Below are positions 60,621 through 64,000 of a DNA stretch of 64,000 nucleotides, piece after piece. The stretch's first letter is position 1, and each line of letters opens with the position of its first letter. The stretch lies in contig JAUCBJ010005260.1 of assembly GCA_032718475.1 (NCBI GenBank), positions 1-64,000 on the forward strand. Direction: 5' to 3'. This DNA is from Nemertoderma westbladi (taxonomy: Eukaryota; Animalia; Xenacoelomorpha). The translations under genes and the position numbers were made by a program. The notes under the pieces were generated by a model that was not told the origin of the DNA, searched no databases, and worked only from the letters and a program-made list of their open reading frames with translations.

Positions 60621-62232
60621 GGGGGGGGGGGGTACACCCCCCTATGGACCTTTTTTGCAAATGGCTATAATTTCTGCTTGTGTGTAATTTTGTATATTTT
60701 ATACCTTTCGGGGGATCAACATATGGCCAAAGATTGGGTTCAAAATAAAATTTTCAAATTTGCGTCGCCCTCTAGCGGCCACCAGCGAAATTGTTAATTT
60801 CACTAAAAACACTACTAGTCTCACAATTTTGGGCGAAAATTTTCGAAACTTGGTTTTTCTGAATCAGCATCCTCGGCTCCACAAAACTTATCGGTTACAT
60901 TTTTTATTTAGGTCTTAAATATTTTTTAAATATTATTAACTAATATTAATTATTACTTAATAGATATTAACTAATTTCAAGAAATTAATATGGCACAATT
61001 CAAAATTCTAACCGATAACTTTTGATCAAAACCCGAAAAGAAATCAAACAAAAAAAAAATTTCGAAAATTAGTTAAGAAATGGCTGAGTAGTAGTATTTT
61101 GAATGTGAAAAATACAATTCCGAGATAAACGCATTTAAAGTTTAAGAACAATATATTTCAAATGTTCCCGCTATTTTCAGTACTGGTATCTCCTTTTCTT
61201 TTCCCATTGGTTATCCCCTATCCATATTTTGTGATTTCTCAATGGATTTCATGAAATTTGGTTCAAAAAAACCCCTACCCACTTTTAACAACCTGTTAAA
61301 ATAATTTTAGAGTGCTTGCCAAAAAACACTTCGCGCAGCACGTGAACAAATTACATTTTGGCGTATTGATTTGATCGCATACTATTTCGTCATTTAATAA
61401 TAAATAGTCATGGAATAATGAGATAACCTTAAGAAACATTCAAAATTATATAAAAATTTCCACATAATTTTATAATAAGCCTTTACACAGAACATTAAGC
61501 TTTGCGCAGCACGTGAAACCTTCGCGCAGCACGTGAGACATTTGCGCAGCAGGTGAAGGTTTCACGTAGCACTTAAATTCTTCTTAAAGCACGTTAATTA
61601 ATCGAGCACCTCGGAAAGCTTTTTGATCAGAATGAGAAGCCTTCACGCGGCACATGAAAAGTTCATGCTGCACATGAAGACTTCGCGCAGCACGTGAATT
61701 ATTCTCAGAGCCTGCGGAATTAAAAAAAAATAAGTTTATGGTTGTTTCCCAGAAAAAATATTACTAGCTATTGTTATATGATGGTTCACATTTGTTATTA
61801 CTAGTAGACAACTAGTCCATTAGACAACTGTTCAATATGTAATACAAAACTCACAAATATCTATTAAATATATATTAATTAAAATTTGACGGACATGTTG
61901 ACAGACAGACAGACATACAAACAGACAGACAAACTGAGAGACAGACTGAGATACAGACATAGTGATTAGATAATTCCAAATATTAAAACAGACATCGACA
62001 TTAAGAAAAATCGTAACAGTAAACATTTCAGATTGCTTATTTTATGCCCTTTTTAATATTTCGATGGATAGACAGACAGACATACAGACGGAAAACCAGC
62101 CATTACTCGAGAAGTAAAAGAGATCTCGCTAAGCCGTTTCCAGATTTGAAATCCGCATTAAATTCTACTCTAGATGAAATAAAAAAACAAAAAATGAAAA
62201 TTTTGACCTGAGGGGGGGTGTACCCCCCCCCC
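60621..62232. mobile_element. Non-autonomous Kolobok-like DNA transposon (TTAA TSD, GG...CC TIRs)
   Basis: TTAA|GGGGGGGGGGGGTACACCCCCC ... GGGGGGGTGTACCCCCCCCCC|TTAA; no ORF; internal ttcgcgcagcacgtgaa repeats and GACA microsatellite. Confidence 0.8.
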
Positions 62233-62964
62233 TTAATTTTAAAGAATTAAAAAATCAATTATCTGGTAAACACATACTCAAACCAAATCAGTTTATATAT
62301 AAGATATTTGGTGCCACATTATTAATATTTAAAAATGGTCGTATTACATTATTAGGCAGTAAGTACAATTTCCAAAAAGTAAAAAAGCATATATTTGATA
62401 AAACTAGTATTAATTTGATTTTAAAATCTGTTAATTTATGTACTTATATTTTTAGTATTAAGTCTGTAGTCTACAGGTTATTGATAAACAATACCGGGTT
62501 TTATGTTGTCTTTGATAATGTGCAACTTCAAGTTATATATGAACCTGAAATTTTTAATAATTGCAAAATAAGAATAAATAATACCGTAGTCATTTGCTGC
62601 TTTCATACCGGTAAATGTACTTTAATGTGTTCACCTAGCAAATTTCACATTTATTACCCTATATTTAGTAAACTTGTTAATTATTTATTAATGTTTGGTG
62701 TTGTGACTTTAGGTGTAGAATATATTGGTGATTAGAAGGTGAAAATTAAACATTATTATTTTTCATTCGATCTATCGGTAGTTAGGGAAAACTAACCTCG
62801 TTTGAATAAGTATGACTCTCACGGGCTGACTGCGTGCCTAGCTGCGTGGCTGACTGCATGACCGACCGCGAGGCTAACTGCGTGCCGCGAGGCTGGCTGC
62901 GAGGCTGGCAGCGATGCTGCTCGCAAGGGTGGCTGGGCGGCTGCGAGGTGGACCACATCCCAGC

Positions 62965-63605
62965 AACATGGCTGACTGCGCACACATCCGATTGTAACTG
63001 GCTCACGATATTGTATACAATGGTTTAGTTTGTTACTGCGGGTACTGTTACATTAATACTGTAGTAGCGGTACTGCGGTACAATGCTAATTAAAGGAAAT
63101 CAGCATGCTGTATCTGACTATACTGTTACAACAACAACAGTGACAGTACTGCAGTACTGTATTGTTTGGGTAGGGGATCTAATCCCTATATGTGAGAGCC
63201 ACGCATACCTTCTAGGTTATGACAGCAGTATGCTAATCAAGGTTCGGGTAGACAGCAGTATCCTTATAGGTGAAAAAAAACAAATGCTATTGCATCAGAT
63301 TACTGCTGTACTGATAAAGTGGATGACAGTTGTGGATAGGAGCTGCGTGGTTGACAGCATCTCCGCAGTGTGGCTGACTGCGTACACATCTGATTGTAAC
63401 TGGCTCACGATATTGTATACATTGGCTTAGTTTGTTACTGCAGGTACTGTTACATTAATACTGTAGTACTGGTACTGCAGTACAATGCTAATCAAAGGAA
63501 ATCAGTATGCTGTATCTGACTATGCTGTTACAACAACAACGACAGTACTGCAGTACTGTATTGTTTGGGTAGGTGATCTAATCCCTGTATGTGAGACCCC
63601 TGCGT
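62965..63605. repeat. ~400-bp spaced direct duplication, unclassified
   Basis: tggctgactgcg..cacatc.gattgtaactggctcacgatattgtatac... at about 62969 and 63371. Confidence 0.8.
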
Positions 63606-63612
63606 GTAATAA

Positions 63613-64000
63613 ATTGGCGATATCTCCTTTGCAGAAGTGAAGGCTGCTGCAAAGAGCATTAAGACCAATCGTGCCAGTGGAGTAGATGGTGTTCCCCCTG
63701 AGGTCTTTAAAATACCTGAGTGTTTAAAGCTCATCTATCCCATCATAGTAGACATGTACCGTACAACAAAAGTCCCACAAGAAATGAAAACAAATAAGTT
63801 GGTGCCAGTTCCCAAGAAGGGCAACCTAACACTCTATGGTTCTTTTCGGGGAATCTCATTGATCTCGATTGCTGCAAAACTATACAATAGAATTCTATTA
63901 AATCGCATCAGGGATCCCATTGAGAGACTGCTACGTGGAAATCAGAATGGGTTCCGTAAAGGTCGTGGGACCATGGAGCCCATTTTGGCACTTAGAAGGA
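63613..64000 (+). mobile_element. Second, 5'-truncated copy of the RTE-like LINE
   Basis: Near-identical to 49857-50244; runs off the right edge. Confidence 0.9.

Noticed and set aside
61330-61700. CRISPR-like array (ttcgcgcagcacgtgaa repeats)
   Set aside because: Irregular spacing, degenerate units, eukaryotic transposon context, no cas genes.
60621-62232. piggyBac element (TTAA TSD)
   Set aside because: Termini are GG...CC (purine start), fitting Kolobok rather than piggyBac's CC...GG.

Overview
Eukaryotic (probably invertebrate animal) genomic DNA, almost entirely nested transposons. The core is a 32-kb BEL/Pao LTR retrotransposon (element A, 10790-43019, 1192-bp LTRs, TSD CCCCG) that splits a single-exon host gene for a Cys-rich, probably GPI-anchored protein. 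An apparently intact BEL/Pao element (B, 18415-34956, 1923-bp LTRs, TSD CATCG) sits inside A's protease. A third relative (C, minus strand) runs off the left edge. Most notable: none of A, B or C has a tRNA-type (TGG) primer-binding site. Instead the 10-12 nt directly after the 5' LTR are the exact reverse complement of a sequence inside the element's own LTR, and the pair covaries between elements. This suggests self-primed reverse transcription in a BEL/Pao lineage (the C LTR end is predicted, not observed). The elements also carry conserved tRNA-like Pol III boxes in the LTR (B, C), a shared accessory zinc-knuckle ORF after pol (fused to a DEDDy-like exonuclease in A), a duplicated PPT, a dispersed hairpin motif and many splice-donor motifs. 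The rest holds two copies of a decayed BEL derivative (D), CRE-like and RTE-like LINE fragments, a decayed Gypsy element cut by a Polinton-like element (PC4-like ORF plus pPolB), and a TTAA-flanked Kolobok-like non-autonomous transposon. All calls are from visual motif reading; no searches were run.
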